Shown: positions 9,951 through 19,160 of the stretch, piece by piece
Layout of the letters: every line of letters starts with the position of its first letter
Position numbering within the stretch: the first letter of the stretch is position 1
Assembly: GCA_963717505.1 (NCBI GenBank)
Contig: OY970342.1
Location: 3,776,001 to 3,840,000, forward strand
Origin: Candidatus Eiseniibacteriota bacterium
GTDB lineage: Bacteria; Eisenbacteria; RBG-16-71-46
Reading direction: 5' to 3'
Length of the DNA stretch: 64,000 nucleotides
The notes under the pieces: generated by a model
The model's input: only the letters and a program-made list of their open reading frames with translations
Databases searched by the model: none
Told to the model about the DNA's origin: nothing
Translations under genes and position numbers: made by a program

Positions 9951-11581
9951 GAGTCGAGCTCGAGCAGGAAGTGTTCGTGGCGACCGTCGGCCAGCGCGTG
10001 GGCGTGGTCGGTGGCCAGATCTGCGAGTTCGGCGCCGACCGGGACGCCGCGGTGCGCGACCGGCTGCAGGCTCGCGATCCGGCGCTCCTGCAGCCGATCG
10101 CCGGGCAACAGCGCATAGCGCAGACGGACCCACTCGGGATGCTGGCGCTCGATCCGGTGGCGGACCTTGCCCAGCAGGCCCTCGACCAGCCGAGCGAACT
10201 GGTAGTCGATCTTGGCGCGCGCGGACTCCACCATCTGCGGCAGACTGCTTTCGACCCGGCCGGCGACCGGTGCAAAGCGATCGAGTCCGCCGCTGGCCGC
10301 GGCGCGGGCTTCCTCGAGCGCCGCACGCGCCTCGGCCGGGACCGAGCGTTCCGCGAGATCGCGCAGCACGGCGTCGGCGCCCGACACTACCTGCCAGGGA
10401 TCGGAGCCCGAGGCATCGGCGAGCTCGATCGCCGCGGGCGGCAACCAGGTCGCGGTCAGTCGCGGCACCGGTGACGCCGCGCGCACGCCGAGCCCTTCGA
10501 AAACCTCGCGCAACTGGGCCAGGTACGAGATCTCGGCAGCACCGCAGGCCATCGCGACGGTCGGGAAGACCCCGTCCTGGACCACCGGACGCAACGCGAC
10601 ACTCGGCGACAATCGATCGCCCCGACGCGCGGCCGCCCGCGCCTCCTCGACGCTCAGCTTGCGACGCGCGCCCCCGGTCACCGCGAACACGAACGACTCG
10701 AGCGCCACGGCGGGCAGAGGCCGGCGGCCCAGTCGCACTTCGAGTCGATCCCCCGCCGCGTGCGCGGCGCGCGACAACTCGGGGGCTCGCTCCAGGTAGC
10801 GCTCGAGGATCGGTCGCGCCGCGTCGCGAAACTCGGGCAGGCGTGGATCGACCACCACCAGGCCGCGCGATCCGTACAGCTCGAGCAGGATCGCACTCTG
10901 CAGCTCCGCCAGATCACGAGCCCGACTCGACGCCCGCGCCAGCAGCTCGGCCGCCGCACTCGATGCCGGCAGTCCCTCCCAGTGCCGTCCCGCGAGCTCG
11001 TGAACGCCCGCAATCGCGGCCAGCGGCAGATCGCCGACCAGGCCGTTCTCGACGTGAAAGGTCTCGGGGATGGCGAGGTCGTGAACGCCGAGCCCGCGAT
11101 CGACCACGGTGGTCCCGCGGATCTCGGCGAAGTCGGAGTCCTCGCCGTGCGTCCAGAACAGCGGAACGCACGGGACCCCGGTGCGCGACTCGACCGCCGC
11201 CGCCAGACCGATCGCCGAGGCGGTCTTGTGCAACGCGTACAGCGGACCCCCGAGCGGGGCCGGCTGCTGGCCGGCGACGACGCACACGGCGTCGCCACGC
11301 GCCATGCGGTCGAGGGCTGCGAGCGATTCGGCCGGTGCTCCCAGTCGGCGGTGCAGGTCGCGCAGGGCCTCGGCGAGTGGCGCGGGCAGGGGCCTGCGTT
11401 TGGCGGCCGCCAGGGCCGCGATTCCAGCCGCATCGGACCACAGCACGGCGAACCGTTCGCGCGCGAACTCGCCGCCGGTCACCACCTCGTGCACCAGCGG
11501 ATCGTAGAGCCGATCGAAGGGAGGCTCGGGCCGAGCCGCGATGCGCGCGCGGACCTCGAGCGACGGGGTCACCGAACGCAC
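9947..11581 (-). CDS. bshC: Bacillithiol biosynthesis cysteine-adding enzyme
   Basis: AGQQPAPLGGPLYALHK, FWTHGEDSDFAEI, SPSVALRPVVQD, AEISYLAQ, PVPR, LQER; start uncertain (11572, 11581, or 11622 with an indel). Confidence 0.9.
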   Translation of the reverse strand: MRSVTPSLEVRARIAARPEPPFDRLYDPLVHEVVTGGEFARERFAVLWSDAAGIAALAAAKRRPLPAPLAEALRDLHRRLGAPAESLAALDRMARGDAVCVVAGQQPAPLGGPLYALHKTASAIGLAAAVESRTGVPCVPLFWTHGEDSDFAEIRGTTVVDRGLGVHDLAIPETFHVENGLVGDLPLAAIAGVHELAGRHWEGLPASSAAAELLARASSRARDLAELQSAILLELYGSRGLVVVDPRLPEFRDAARPILERYLERAPELSRAAHAAGDRLEVRLGRRPLPAVALESFVFAVTGGARRKLSVEEARAAARRGDRLSPSVALRPVVQDGVFPTVAMACGAAEISYLAQLREVFEGLGVRAASPVPRLTATWLPPAAIELADASGSDPWQVVSGADAVLRDLAERSVPAEARAALEEARAAASGGLDRFAPVAGRVESSLPQMVESARAKIDYQFARLVEGLLGKVRHRIERQHPEWVRLRYALLPGDRLQERRIASLQPVAHRGVPVGAELADLATDHAHALADGRHEHFLLELDS

Positions 11582-11632
11582 GCCGTCAGGTCCAGGGCCG
11601 TCGAGGGCAGTCGATCACTCATGCGGGCGATC

Positions 11633-12250
11633 CTAGCCCGCCCGGCCGCGCGCTTCCACCTCGCGCCAGGCGTGCCACGCTTCGCGCCGGGCCGCGGCAT
11701 TGCCGCGGGCGAGGCCGGCCGCGAATGCCGCGCGCAACGCCGGAGCGGTCGCGCCCAGCCGGCGAGCACCCAACAGGTGACTGACCAGCTGGCGCCGCCA
11801 TCCGCTCGCGGCCAGCGCCGCCACGGTCACCAGCTCGCGCGTGCGCGCATCGAGACCGGGCCGCGACAGCACTCGGCCGTAGCCTTCCTCGATCATCCAT
11901 GTGGCCAGGTCCGGATGCAGCGCGCGCACCCGACTCATGAGTTTCGTGAAGGCGCCAGCGTAGACGCGTCGGCACAGGCGCATGCCGCGGATCCGGCGCT
12001 GGCTCCGCCCGATCTCGCGCGACCGGCCCACCGACCCGGGAAGCGTGTCGCGCACCAGGGCCAGCGCCTCGAGTGCGGCCGGGTAGCCGGCGTACAGCAC
12101 CAGCATCAGCCCGGTCTCCTCGACCGCGGCGCGCGGCACGCCACCGCGCTGCGCGGCGACCAGGGCACGACGCGCCCCCGGACGGTTCCCGACCGCCATC
12201 GCCGCGGCAAACCGACAAAGAGCGCGCAGGCTCGCGCTTGACGGACGCAT
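11633..12250 (-). CDS. Carboxymuconolactone decarboxylase / AhpD-like family protein
   Basis: EETGLMLVLYAGYPAAL, GYGRVLSRPGLDARTRELVTVAAL, QLVSHLLGA. Confidence 0.82.
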   Translation of the reverse strand: MRPSSASLRALCRFAAAMAVGNRPGARRALVAAQRGGVPRAAVEETGLMLVLYAGYPAALEALALVRDTLPGSVGRSREIGRSQRRIRGMRLCRRVYAGAFTKLMSRVRALHPDLATWMIEEGYGRVLSRPGLDARTRELVTVAALAASGWRRQLVSHLLGARRLGATAPALRAAFAAGLARGNAAARREAWHAWREVEARGRAG

Positions 12251-12379
12251 GAGCCTCGAACAGTATCCGGCGCCCTACCCCCGTTCCAAACGATCGCGAG
12301 TGTCCCCTGGATTGATGATCACGCCCATCGCTGACCGACGCTCTCTGGCGCCCGCCGGCAACGCTTGCTCGCCGCGAAC

Positions 12380-13294
12380 ATGACTCCCTGGATCGTGTTC
12401 ACCCTGGGCGTGCTCGTGCTCATGGCGATCGATCTGTTCGTCGTCCATCGCCGGCCCCACGAAGTCTCGACCCGCGAGGCGCTGATCTCGGCCGCGGTCT
12501 GGGTCGGAATCGCCGGTATGTTCGCGCTCGGCATCGCCTACTTTCGCGGGCGCACGCCGGCGCTGGAGTTCACCACCGCCTACCTGATCGAGCTCGGCCT
12601 GAGCCTCGACAATCTCTTCGTCTTCATGCTGATCTTCCGGCACTTCCGAGTCCCGTCCCACCTCCAGCATCGCGTCCTGTTCTGGGGCATTCTGGGAGCG
12701 CTGGTCATGCGGCTGGGATTCATCGTGCTCGGCGTCGCGCTGCTCCAGACCTTCCACTGGGTGATCTACATCTTCGGCGCGATCCTGGTCTGGTCCGGGA
12801 TCCAGATGGCGCGCGGCCACGCCACCGACATTCATCCCGAACGCAATATGGCGCTGACTCTGCTGCGCCGCTACGTGCCGGTAACCCGCCGCTACGTCAA
12901 GCACCATTTCTTCCAGAAGCGCATGGGGCGCAGCTTCGCCACGCCGTTGTTCGTCGTGCTGGTGCTGGTCGAGACCACCGATCTGGTGTTCGCGGTCGAT
13001 TCGATCCCGGCCGTACTCGCGATCAGCAAGGACCCGTTCATCGTCTACAGCTCGAACGTGTTCGCGATCCTCGGCCTGCGCACGTTGTTCTTCGCGCTCG
13101 AGCGCCTGTTGCGGCTGTTCCACGGCCTGAACATCGGGCTGGCGCTGATCCTGGTGTTCGTCGGGGTCAAGATGCTGCTTTCCGAGTGGGTGCACATACC
13201 GATCGGGGTCACGCTCGGAGTCGTTTCGGGGGTGATCGCCGCGAGCATCGGCATGTCCTACCTGAGACCTCGCCCGCCACTTCCGCCGTCCTGA
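12380..13294 (+). CDS. TerC/Alx family membrane protein
   Basis: LSLDNLFVF, QHRVLFWGILGA, DLVFAVDSIPA, SNVFAILGLR; about 9 TMs. Confidence 0.93.
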   Translation: MTPWIVFTLGVLVLMAIDLFVVHRRPHEVSTREALISAAVWVGIAGMFALGIAYFRGRTPALEFTTAYLIELGLSLDNLFVFMLIFRHFRVPSHLQHRVLFWGILGALVMRLGFIVLGVALLQTFHWVIYIFGAILVWSGIQMARGHATDIHPERNMALTLLRRYVPVTRRYVKHHFFQKRMGRSFATPLFVVLVLVETTDLVFAVDSIPAVLAISKDPFIVYSSNVFAILGLRTLFFALERLLRLFHGLNIGLALILVFVGVKMLLSEWVHIPIGVTLGVVSGVIAASIGMSYLRPRPPLPPS

Positions 13295-13302
13295 GCCCCT
13301 CC

Positions 13303-13321
13303 CCCGGGCCCGCGGCCCGGG
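13303..13321. terminator. GC hairpin between convergent terC and murJ
   Basis: CCCGGGCC-CGC-GGCCCGGG perfect 8-bp stem; no adjacent U-tract. Confidence 0.35.
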
Positions 13322-13327
13322 CGACGG

Positions 13328-14959
13328 TCAGTTTTTGCGCATGCGACGCAGGAGCCCGCGCGCGAGATCCTCGACCGTGGCGAGTTCGGCGACCCGCAGG
13401 AGCTTCATCGCCGCCCAGGTGACGCCGACTCCGGCCACCCCCGCCGAAGCCACCGAGAGCACCCGGCCGCTCAGGCCGGCCATTCCAATCCAGGGCAGCA
13501 GTGCCACCGCGGCGGCAGCACCCCCGGCCAGGCTCGCCGCACTCACCCGCGCGAGCGTCGCCAGGACGCGCCGCCCGTCCAGGTCCCCGAGCTTGCGCCG
13601 CAGGCCGAAGGCGAGCTGGGCGAGGTTCACGATCGAAGTCACCGACGTGGCGAGCGCCAGGCCCAGATGCGCGAGCGGACCCATGAGTACCAGGTTGAGC
13701 GCGAGATTGGCGACGACCGCGACGAAGCTGGCGCGCACCGGAGTTCGCGTGTCGCCGAGCGCGTAGAACGTTCGGGTCAGCACGCCGACCGCGGCGAACG
13801 CCGGCAGGCCGACGCAATACATGATCAAGGCCGCGGCGGTCGCACCGGTATCCGCCGGGCCGAATCGCCCATGCTGGTACAAGAGCGCGATCACCGCGCG
13901 CGCGGCCACCGCGAGCAACACCGCCGCCGGCAGCGTCAGCAGCAGGACCAGCCGCAGAGTCGCCGACAGCGTGGCCTTGAGCGCCACCATGTCCCCGGCG
14001 ACCGCGGCGCGCGACAACGACGGCAGGCTGACCGTGCCGAGTGCCACGCCGAACACGCCGATCGGCAGCTGCATGAGCCGGAACGCGTACCAGAGCCACG
14101 ACACGCTCCCCTGCGGCAGCAGGCTCGCGAGCACGGTGCTGACGAACAGATTGACCTGGGTCGCGGCCAGTCCGAGGGTCGCGGGCACCATGGTGGTTGC
14201 GACCCGGCGCACGTCGGGATCGAAGGTCGGACGCTCCCAGCGCAGGCGGAATCCGAGCGAGAACAACGGCGCCAGCTGCCAGATCAGCTGGCCGAGCCCG
14301 CCGATCACGACACCGATCGCCATCGCGGTGATCGCCGGCCAGCCGGCCGCGACGCATACCGGGATCAGGGCGAGCCCGGCGCCGACCATGAGCGCGTTCT
14401 GCAGAGCCGGAGCCAGGGCCGGGATCAGGAATCGCCCGCGCGCGTTGAGCATGGCCATGCTCACCGCGGCCGCCGCGATCAGCGGCAGGAACGGCAGCAT
14501 GATCCGCGTCAGGGCCACCGTCAGCTCCAGCTTGCCGGGAATCGAGGCGAAGCCTGGGGCGAATACGGCGACCAGCCACGGGGCCGCGAGACCACCGGCG
14601 ATGCACAGTACGGCGAGCAGCAGAATCAGCGCTCCCAGCAGCCGGCGGCCGAACTCCAGCGCCGCCTCGGGGCCGCGGCGCTCCTGAACCTCCATGAACC
14701 GGGGGACGAAGGCCGAGGACATCGCGCCCTCGGCGAACAGATCGCGCAGCAGGTTCGGAATGCGGAACGCGACGTTGAACGCGTCGGTCGCGAGCCCGGC
14801 GCCGAACCAGGCCGCCATGACCTGCTCGCGCACCAGCCCGAGCACGCGCGAAACCATGGTGGCGCCGCCGACCATGCCGGCCGCGCGCGCGACGCGCCGC
14901 TCTTCGCCGGCCGGGCTCGCGGTGATCCGCGTTTCGGTTGGCGGCGTTTCCGGCCCCAT
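13328..14959 (-). CDS. murJ: Lipid II flippase MurJ (MviN)
   Basis: SRVLGLVRE, AFRIPNLLRDLFAEGA, RLMQLPIGVFG, FYALGDTRTP; start approximate. Confidence 0.95.
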   Translation of the reverse strand: MGPETPPTETRITASPAGEERRVARAAGMVGGATMVSRVLGLVREQVMAAWFGAGLATDAFNVAFRIPNLLRDLFAEGAMSSAFVPRFMEVQERRGPEAALEFGRRLLGALILLLAVLCIAGGLAAPWLVAVFAPGFASIPGKLELTVALTRIMLPFLPLIAAAAVSMAMLNARGRFLIPALAPALQNALMVGAGLALIPVCVAAGWPAITAMAIGVVIGGLGQLIWQLAPLFSLGFRLRWERPTFDPDVRRVATTMVPATLGLAATQVNLFVSTVLASLLPQGSVSWLWYAFRLMQLPIGVFGVALGTVSLPSLSRAAVAGDMVALKATLSATLRLVLLLTLPAAVLLAVAARAVIALLYQHGRFGPADTGATAAALIMYCVGLPAFAAVGVLTRTFYALGDTRTPVRASFVAVVANLALNLVLMGPLAHLGLALATSVTSIVNLAQLAFGLRRKLGDLDGRRVLATLARVSAASLAGGAAAAVALLPWIGMAGLSGRVLSVASAGVAGVGVTWAAMKLLRVAELATVEDLARGLLRRMRKN

Positions 14960-14967
14960 GCTAGCGT
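14958..14967. promoter_or_regulatory. Overlapping symmetric -10 boxes (TAGCGT on +, TAGCAT on -) between divergent murJ and uppP
   Basis: ATGCTAGCGT; the + strand TGC-TAGCGT is 8 nt before the uppP ATG. Confidence 0.5.
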
Positions 14968-14975
14968 GCGCCGCC

Positions 14976-15767
14976 ATGTCGATCGGACAGGCGGTGGTGC
15001 TGGGCATCATTCAGGGCCTGACCGAGTTCCTTCCGATCTCGAGCAGCGCGCACCTGTTCCTGGTGCCGACGCTGCTCGGCTGGCCCTACCCGGGGGTCGC
15101 ATTCGACGTCGCGCTTCACTGGGGCACCCTGATCGCGTTGCTGTTCGCGTTCTGGCGCGACTGGTGGCGGCTGGTGAGCGATCTGTTCGCGCCCGAACCC
15201 GCGACCCGCTCGGCGGCGTTTCGCACCTGGCTCATGCTCGCGGCCGCGAGCGTGCCTGCGGCGGTCGCCGGCCTGCTGTTTCGGGACGTGATCGAGACCC
15301 AGTTGCGCTGGGTCCCGCTCCAGGCGGTGATGCTCGCGGTGTTCGGGTTCCTGCTCTGGTGGGTCGACCGCGTGGCGCCGAGCCGCGACTCGGCGACCGG
15401 CGCGGGATGGGGTACTGCGATGCTGATGGGCTGTGCGCAGGCGGTGGCGCTGGTGCCGGGCGTGTCGCGCTCGGGGATCACCATCACCGCGGGGCGCGCC
15501 GCCGGCCTGCCGCGCGTCGCGGCCGCGCGCTTTTCGTTTCTGCTGGCCACCCCGATCACCTTCGGGGCCGGTCTGCTCGAGCTCGAGCACTTCCGCGACA
15601 GCGCGTCGACCGAAGTCCTCATCGTGGGCGTGGCGGTATCCGCCGTGGTCGGGATTCTCGCCATCCGTGGCCTCCTCTTCTGGCTGGGGCGCGCCGGCTT
15701 CGGCGCGTTCTTCGCCTACCGCGTCGCCCTCGCGGCTCTGGTGCTCATCGGGGCGGCGCGCTCCTGA
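14976..15767 (+). CDS. uppP: Undecaprenyl-diphosphate phosphatase
   Basis: GIIQGLTEFLPISSSAHL, PGVSRSG, ARFSFLL, FFAYR. Confidence 0.95.
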   Translation: MSIGQAVVLGIIQGLTEFLPISSSAHLFLVPTLLGWPYPGVAFDVALHWGTLIALLFAFWRDWWRLVSDLFAPEPATRSAAFRTWLMLAAASVPAAVAGLLFRDVIETQLRWVPLQAVMLAVFGFLLWWVDRVAPSRDSATGAGWGTAMLMGCAQAVALVPGVSRSGITITAGRAAGLPRVAAARFSFLLATPITFGAGLLELEHFRDSASTEVLIVGVAVSAVVGILAIRGLLFWLGRAGFGAFFAYRVALAALVLIGAARS

Positions 15768-16380
15768 CCGGACGATCCTTGCGACTCATGCGATCCGCCA
15801 GGTAGCGGTTCAACCGGTCGCGCAGCGCGATGCGCGCCCGATGGAGCCGGGACTTCACCGCCGCCACCGTCAGCTCGAGGATCTCGGCCACCTCGGCATT
15901 GGTCTTCTCCTCGAGGTCGCGCAGGACGAACACCGTGCGCAACTCCTCCGGCAGGCGCGCGATCCCTTCCTCCATGACCTGACGGGTCTCCGAATCGAGC
16001 AGATCCTGAACCGGCTGCTGGGTCCAGTCGGGAATCTGCAGGGGCTCCGATTCGCGATTCGGGCTCTGCGACTGCTCGAGCGAGACGTGTCCCTCGCGTC
16101 GCTTGCGGTATTTCATCAGGCTGGCGTTGGTCGCGACCCGGTAGAGCCAGGTCGAGAACGTGGACTCGGCCTTGAAGTTCGCGAGTCCGCGATACGCGGA
16201 GAGGAACGCGTCCTGCAGCGCTTCGGCGGCATCGTCCTCGTTGCGCAGAATCTTGTAGGACAGCCGATAGACCTTTTCCTGATAGCGACGGACCAGCTCG
16301 TCGAAGGCCCGGGTGTCGCCGCCCTGGGCCGAGCGCACCAGCTCCTCGTCCGGGGCCTCACGATAGTCGTTCGAATTCAT
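15745..16380 (-). CDS. ECF-type RNA polymerase sigma-70 factor
   Basis: Region 2 (AFDELVRRYQ, DAAEALQDAF, FSTWLYRVATN) and region 4 (EVAEILELTVAAVKSRLHRAR). Confidence 0.93.
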   Translation of the reverse strand: MNSNDYREAPDEELVRSAQGGDTRAFDELVRRYQEKVYRLSYKILRNEDDAAEALQDAFLSAYRGLANFKAESTFSTWLYRVATNASLMKYRKRREGHVSLEQSQSPNRESEPLQIPDWTQQPVQDLLDSETRQVMEEGIARLPEELRTVFVLRDLEEKTNAEVAEILELTVAAVKSRLHRARIALRDRLNRYLADRMSRKDRPVRSAPPR

Positions 16381-18005
16381 GCGTGATGCGATCTCGGTTC
16401 CGGGTCTGCGGCCGCACCGGCGTTCGCGGGTACGTCCCCGCCGGCAGCATGGGCGTAGACGACGGATCCCGCAAGCACCGTCGCCACGGGGCGTGCGCGA
16501 GCCAGATCGTCCTCGCTCGCCGCGTGCAGATCGGTGTCCCAGACGACGAGATCCGCGAAGGCTCCGGGCGTGAGGGCTCCGAGATCGGGCCAGGCTCCCG
16601 AGATCCGCGCGGCACCTTCGGTGTAGGCGTGCAGCGCGGCGTCGAGGTCGATGCGCTGGGCGGGCACCCACGGGGGTCCTCCCGGTCGCCGGCGCGCGAC
16701 CGCGGCGAACAGGCCCAGCGAAGGATCGGGCGGCTCGACCGGCGCGTCCGAACCGAACGCCAGTGTCGCACCCGAACTCAACAAAGCCTGCCACGGATAG
16801 GCGTGGTCGCAACGCGCCCCCCACCCGCGTTCGGCCAACGGAATATCCGACACGCAGTGCGTCGGCTGCATACTGGCCGCGACGCCGAGCCGGGCGAAGC
16901 GCGGCAGGTCCGCGGGGTCCACCAGCTGCGCGTGCTCGATGCGCGGCGGCAGCGCCAGGGTCGCGAGTTTCGGCGCCACCGCCTCGAATGCGTCCAGGGC
17001 ATTCCGCACCGCTCGGTCGCCGATCGCGTGGATCGCGACCGACCAGCCGGCGGTGACCGCGCGGCCGACTTCGTCGCGCAGGCGCGCCGGACTCAACAGC
17101 TCCTCGCCGCGGCCCGTCGTGCCCTCGTAGGGTTCGAGCATCGCCGCCGTGCGCGACCCGAGCGTGCCATCGGCGAACAGCTTGACCGCGCCGATCCGGA
17201 ACCATGGCGTACCCAGCCCGCTCGCGAGCCCGAGACCGATGGCGTGATCGAGCTGGGCGTGCGGCAGGTGCATGAGTGTACGGACACCCGCTTCGGTCCC
17301 GGCGAGTCGGCGCAGCAAACGGTGCGCGGCCGCGCCCTCGAAGTCGTGCACCGCGGTAACGCCGAAGGCGTGGAGCGCCCGGCACGTATCGCGCAACCGC
17401 TCGAGATCCGCGCGTTCATCGGGCGCCACCAGGCCGGCCACCAACCGCATGGCGTGCTCGCGCAGCAGGCCGGTCGGCTGCCCGGCCGCGTCGCGCACGA
17501 CGGTGCCCCCCTCCGGATCCGGTGTGTCCGGACCGATCCCCGCCGCCGCGAGTGCTGCCCCGTTGACCCAGAGGTTGTGGAAGTCGCGGCTGTAGAGCAG
17601 CACGGGCCGATCCGCAACCCCCGCGTCGAGTGATGCCCGCTCCGGTGCCCCCGACCAGGAGTTGGCGTCCCAACCGCGACCGACGATCGGATCACGTCCG
17701 GGCCGCGACGACGCCGCGCGCACCACCTTCGCGACAATGGCCGCCACCGAATCCGCGGGTGACACCTCGAGCTCGGTGCGCGCACGCGCCCAGTCGAGAA
17801 GGTGGATGTGGGCGTCGCACAGCCCGGGGGTCACCGTCGCGCCGCCGGCGTCGATCACGCGGGTCGCGCGGCCGCGCAGCGCGGCCAGTTCGTGGGCCGA
17901 GCCGATCCCGGCGATGCGCTCGCCGCGAATCGCCACCGCATCGGCGCCGGACCTTCGGCGTCCCGACCACAACCGCGCTCCGGTAATCAGGAGGTCGGCG
18001 GTCAA
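16377..18005 (-). CDS. Amidohydrolase family 3 (YtcJ-like) metal-dependent hydrolase
   Basis: PGLCDAHIH, PTGLLRE, KLFADGTLGSRTA, HAIGDRA, RIEHAQ, FGSDAPV; TTG start overlaps the upstream stop. Confidence 0.9.
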   Translation of the reverse strand: MTADLLITGARLWSGRRRSGADAVAIRGERIAGIGSAHELAALRGRATRVIDAGGATVTPGLCDAHIHLLDWARARTELEVSPADSVAAIVAKVVRAASSRPGRDPIVGRGWDANSWSGAPERASLDAGVADRPVLLYSRDFHNLWVNGAALAAAGIGPDTPDPEGGTVVRDAAGQPTGLLREHAMRLVAGLVAPDERADLERLRDTCRALHAFGVTAVHDFEGAAAHRLLRRLAGTEAGVRTLMHLPHAQLDHAIGLGLASGLGTPWFRIGAVKLFADGTLGSRTAAMLEPYEGTTGRGEELLSPARLRDEVGRAVTAGWSVAIHAIGDRAVRNALDAFEAVAPKLATLALPPRIEHAQLVDPADLPRFARLGVAASMQPTHCVSDIPLAERGWGARCDHAYPWQALLSSGATLAFGSDAPVEPPDPSLGLFAAVARRRPGGPPWVPAQRIDLDAALHAYTEGAARISGAWPDLGALTPGAFADLVVWDTDLHAASEDDLARARPVATVLAGSVVYAHAAGGDVPANAGAAADPEPRSHHA

Positions 18006-18793
18006 CGACCGTCCGCGACGACGTTCTCGAGCACGCCGACGCCCTCGACCTCGACTTCGATGCGGTCGCCGACCTCGACCGGAGCGACCCCGGCCGGGGT
18101 GCCGGTCGCGATCACGTCTCCCGGTTCGAGCGTCATGATTCGCGAGATGTGTCGGATCAGGAACGGCACCGGAAACAGGAGATCCCGAGTGTTCCCTTCC
18201 TGGCGCAACGCGCCGTTCACCCGGCACCGGACGGTCAGCGAAGCGGGGTCGAGCCCGACGGCGATCCAGGGACCGATCGGCGCGAAGGTGTCGAAGCCCT
18301 TGGCTCGCGCCCACTGGTTGTCCGAGCGCTGATAGTTGCGTGCGCTGACGTCGTTGAAGCAGGTGAGTCCGGCGACGTGCTGCATGGCGTCGCGCTCGTC
18401 GACGCGGCAGGCCCGGCGTCCGATGACCACCGCCAATTCGCCTTCGGGATCGAGCCGGGTCACGCCCTCGGGGTAGCGGATCGCCTCGCCGTGCGCGAGG
18501 ACGGCGCTGGGCGGCTTGAGAAACAGGAGTGGTTCGGTAGGCGTTTCCGCGCCAGCGACCCGTGTCACACTTTCGGCAGCGTGCGCCTGGTAGTTGAGTC
18601 CGACGCAGACGATCTTGGTCGGCTGGACCGGTGCCAACAAGGTTGCGTTCGCAATTGCATCGCGCCGACCACTCGGCTCGAGCGACTGCCAGGGCGGCCC
18701 CGCGAGCCGGAGCAGTTCATCCCCTTCGACTCTGCCGTAGGCGATCGTACCGTCCGGGAGGCGATAGCGCGCGATTCGAACGACGTCGATCAC
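18002..18793 (-). CDS. Fumarylacetoacetate hydrolase family protein
   Basis: KIVCVGLNY, FLKPPS, EGELAVVIG, NDVSAR, AKGFDTF, DVIATGTPAGV. Confidence 0.93.
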   Translation of the reverse strand: MIDVVRIARYRLPDGTIAYGRVEGDELLRLAGPPWQSLEPSGRRDAIANATLLAPVQPTKIVCVGLNYQAHAAESVTRVAGAETPTEPLLFLKPPSAVLAHGEAIRYPEGVTRLDPEGELAVVIGRRACRVDERDAMQHVAGLTCFNDVSARNYQRSDNQWARAKGFDTFAPIGPWIAVGLDPASLTVRCRVNGALRQEGNTRDLLFPVPFLIRHISRIMTLEPGDVIATGTPAGVAPVEVGDRIEVEVEGVGVLENVVADGR

Positions 18794-19119
18794 GATCGCG
18801 CACCGGTTCGTGCGCGGGCGGGCGAGCGGCGGCCCGGATGGACACAAAGGGTGGAGGAGGTTCTCCGTCGTTGGTCGTCGGCTCCCGGTACCCTGCGCGA
18901 CGGCACGTCCCGCTTCGCGTAACCAAAGTACTGGACGAAGTCGGCTAGCCGGACAGGAAACCTCGCTCCACGCGCCATGTTTTTCCCTTTCCCCGAACCG
19001 GGTCAAGTCAAAACTTCACCTTCGGGGCACAAACTTCGCCCCATCCGACTCGCGCCCGATCCTCTCACGACTGCTTTTCCGGCGCAGGGACACGCACGTC
19101 GGTCGGTTCCGAATGTCCT

Positions 19120-19149
19120 TTGACCCGCGCGCGCGCGCTTTGCTAGCGT
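19120..19149 (+). promoter_or_regulatory. Sigma70 promoter TTGACC-18 nt-TAGCGT (extended TG) for the nucleotide-sugar dehydrogenase
   Basis: -35 at 19120-19125, TGC-TAGCGT at 19141-19149, ATG at 19161. Confidence 0.6.
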
Positions 19150-19160
19150 GTCCGGTCCCA

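Noticed and set aside
19126-19138. (CG)n alternating run in a promoter spacer as a Z-DNA element
   Set aside because: Similar CG runs are common throughout this GC-rich sequence
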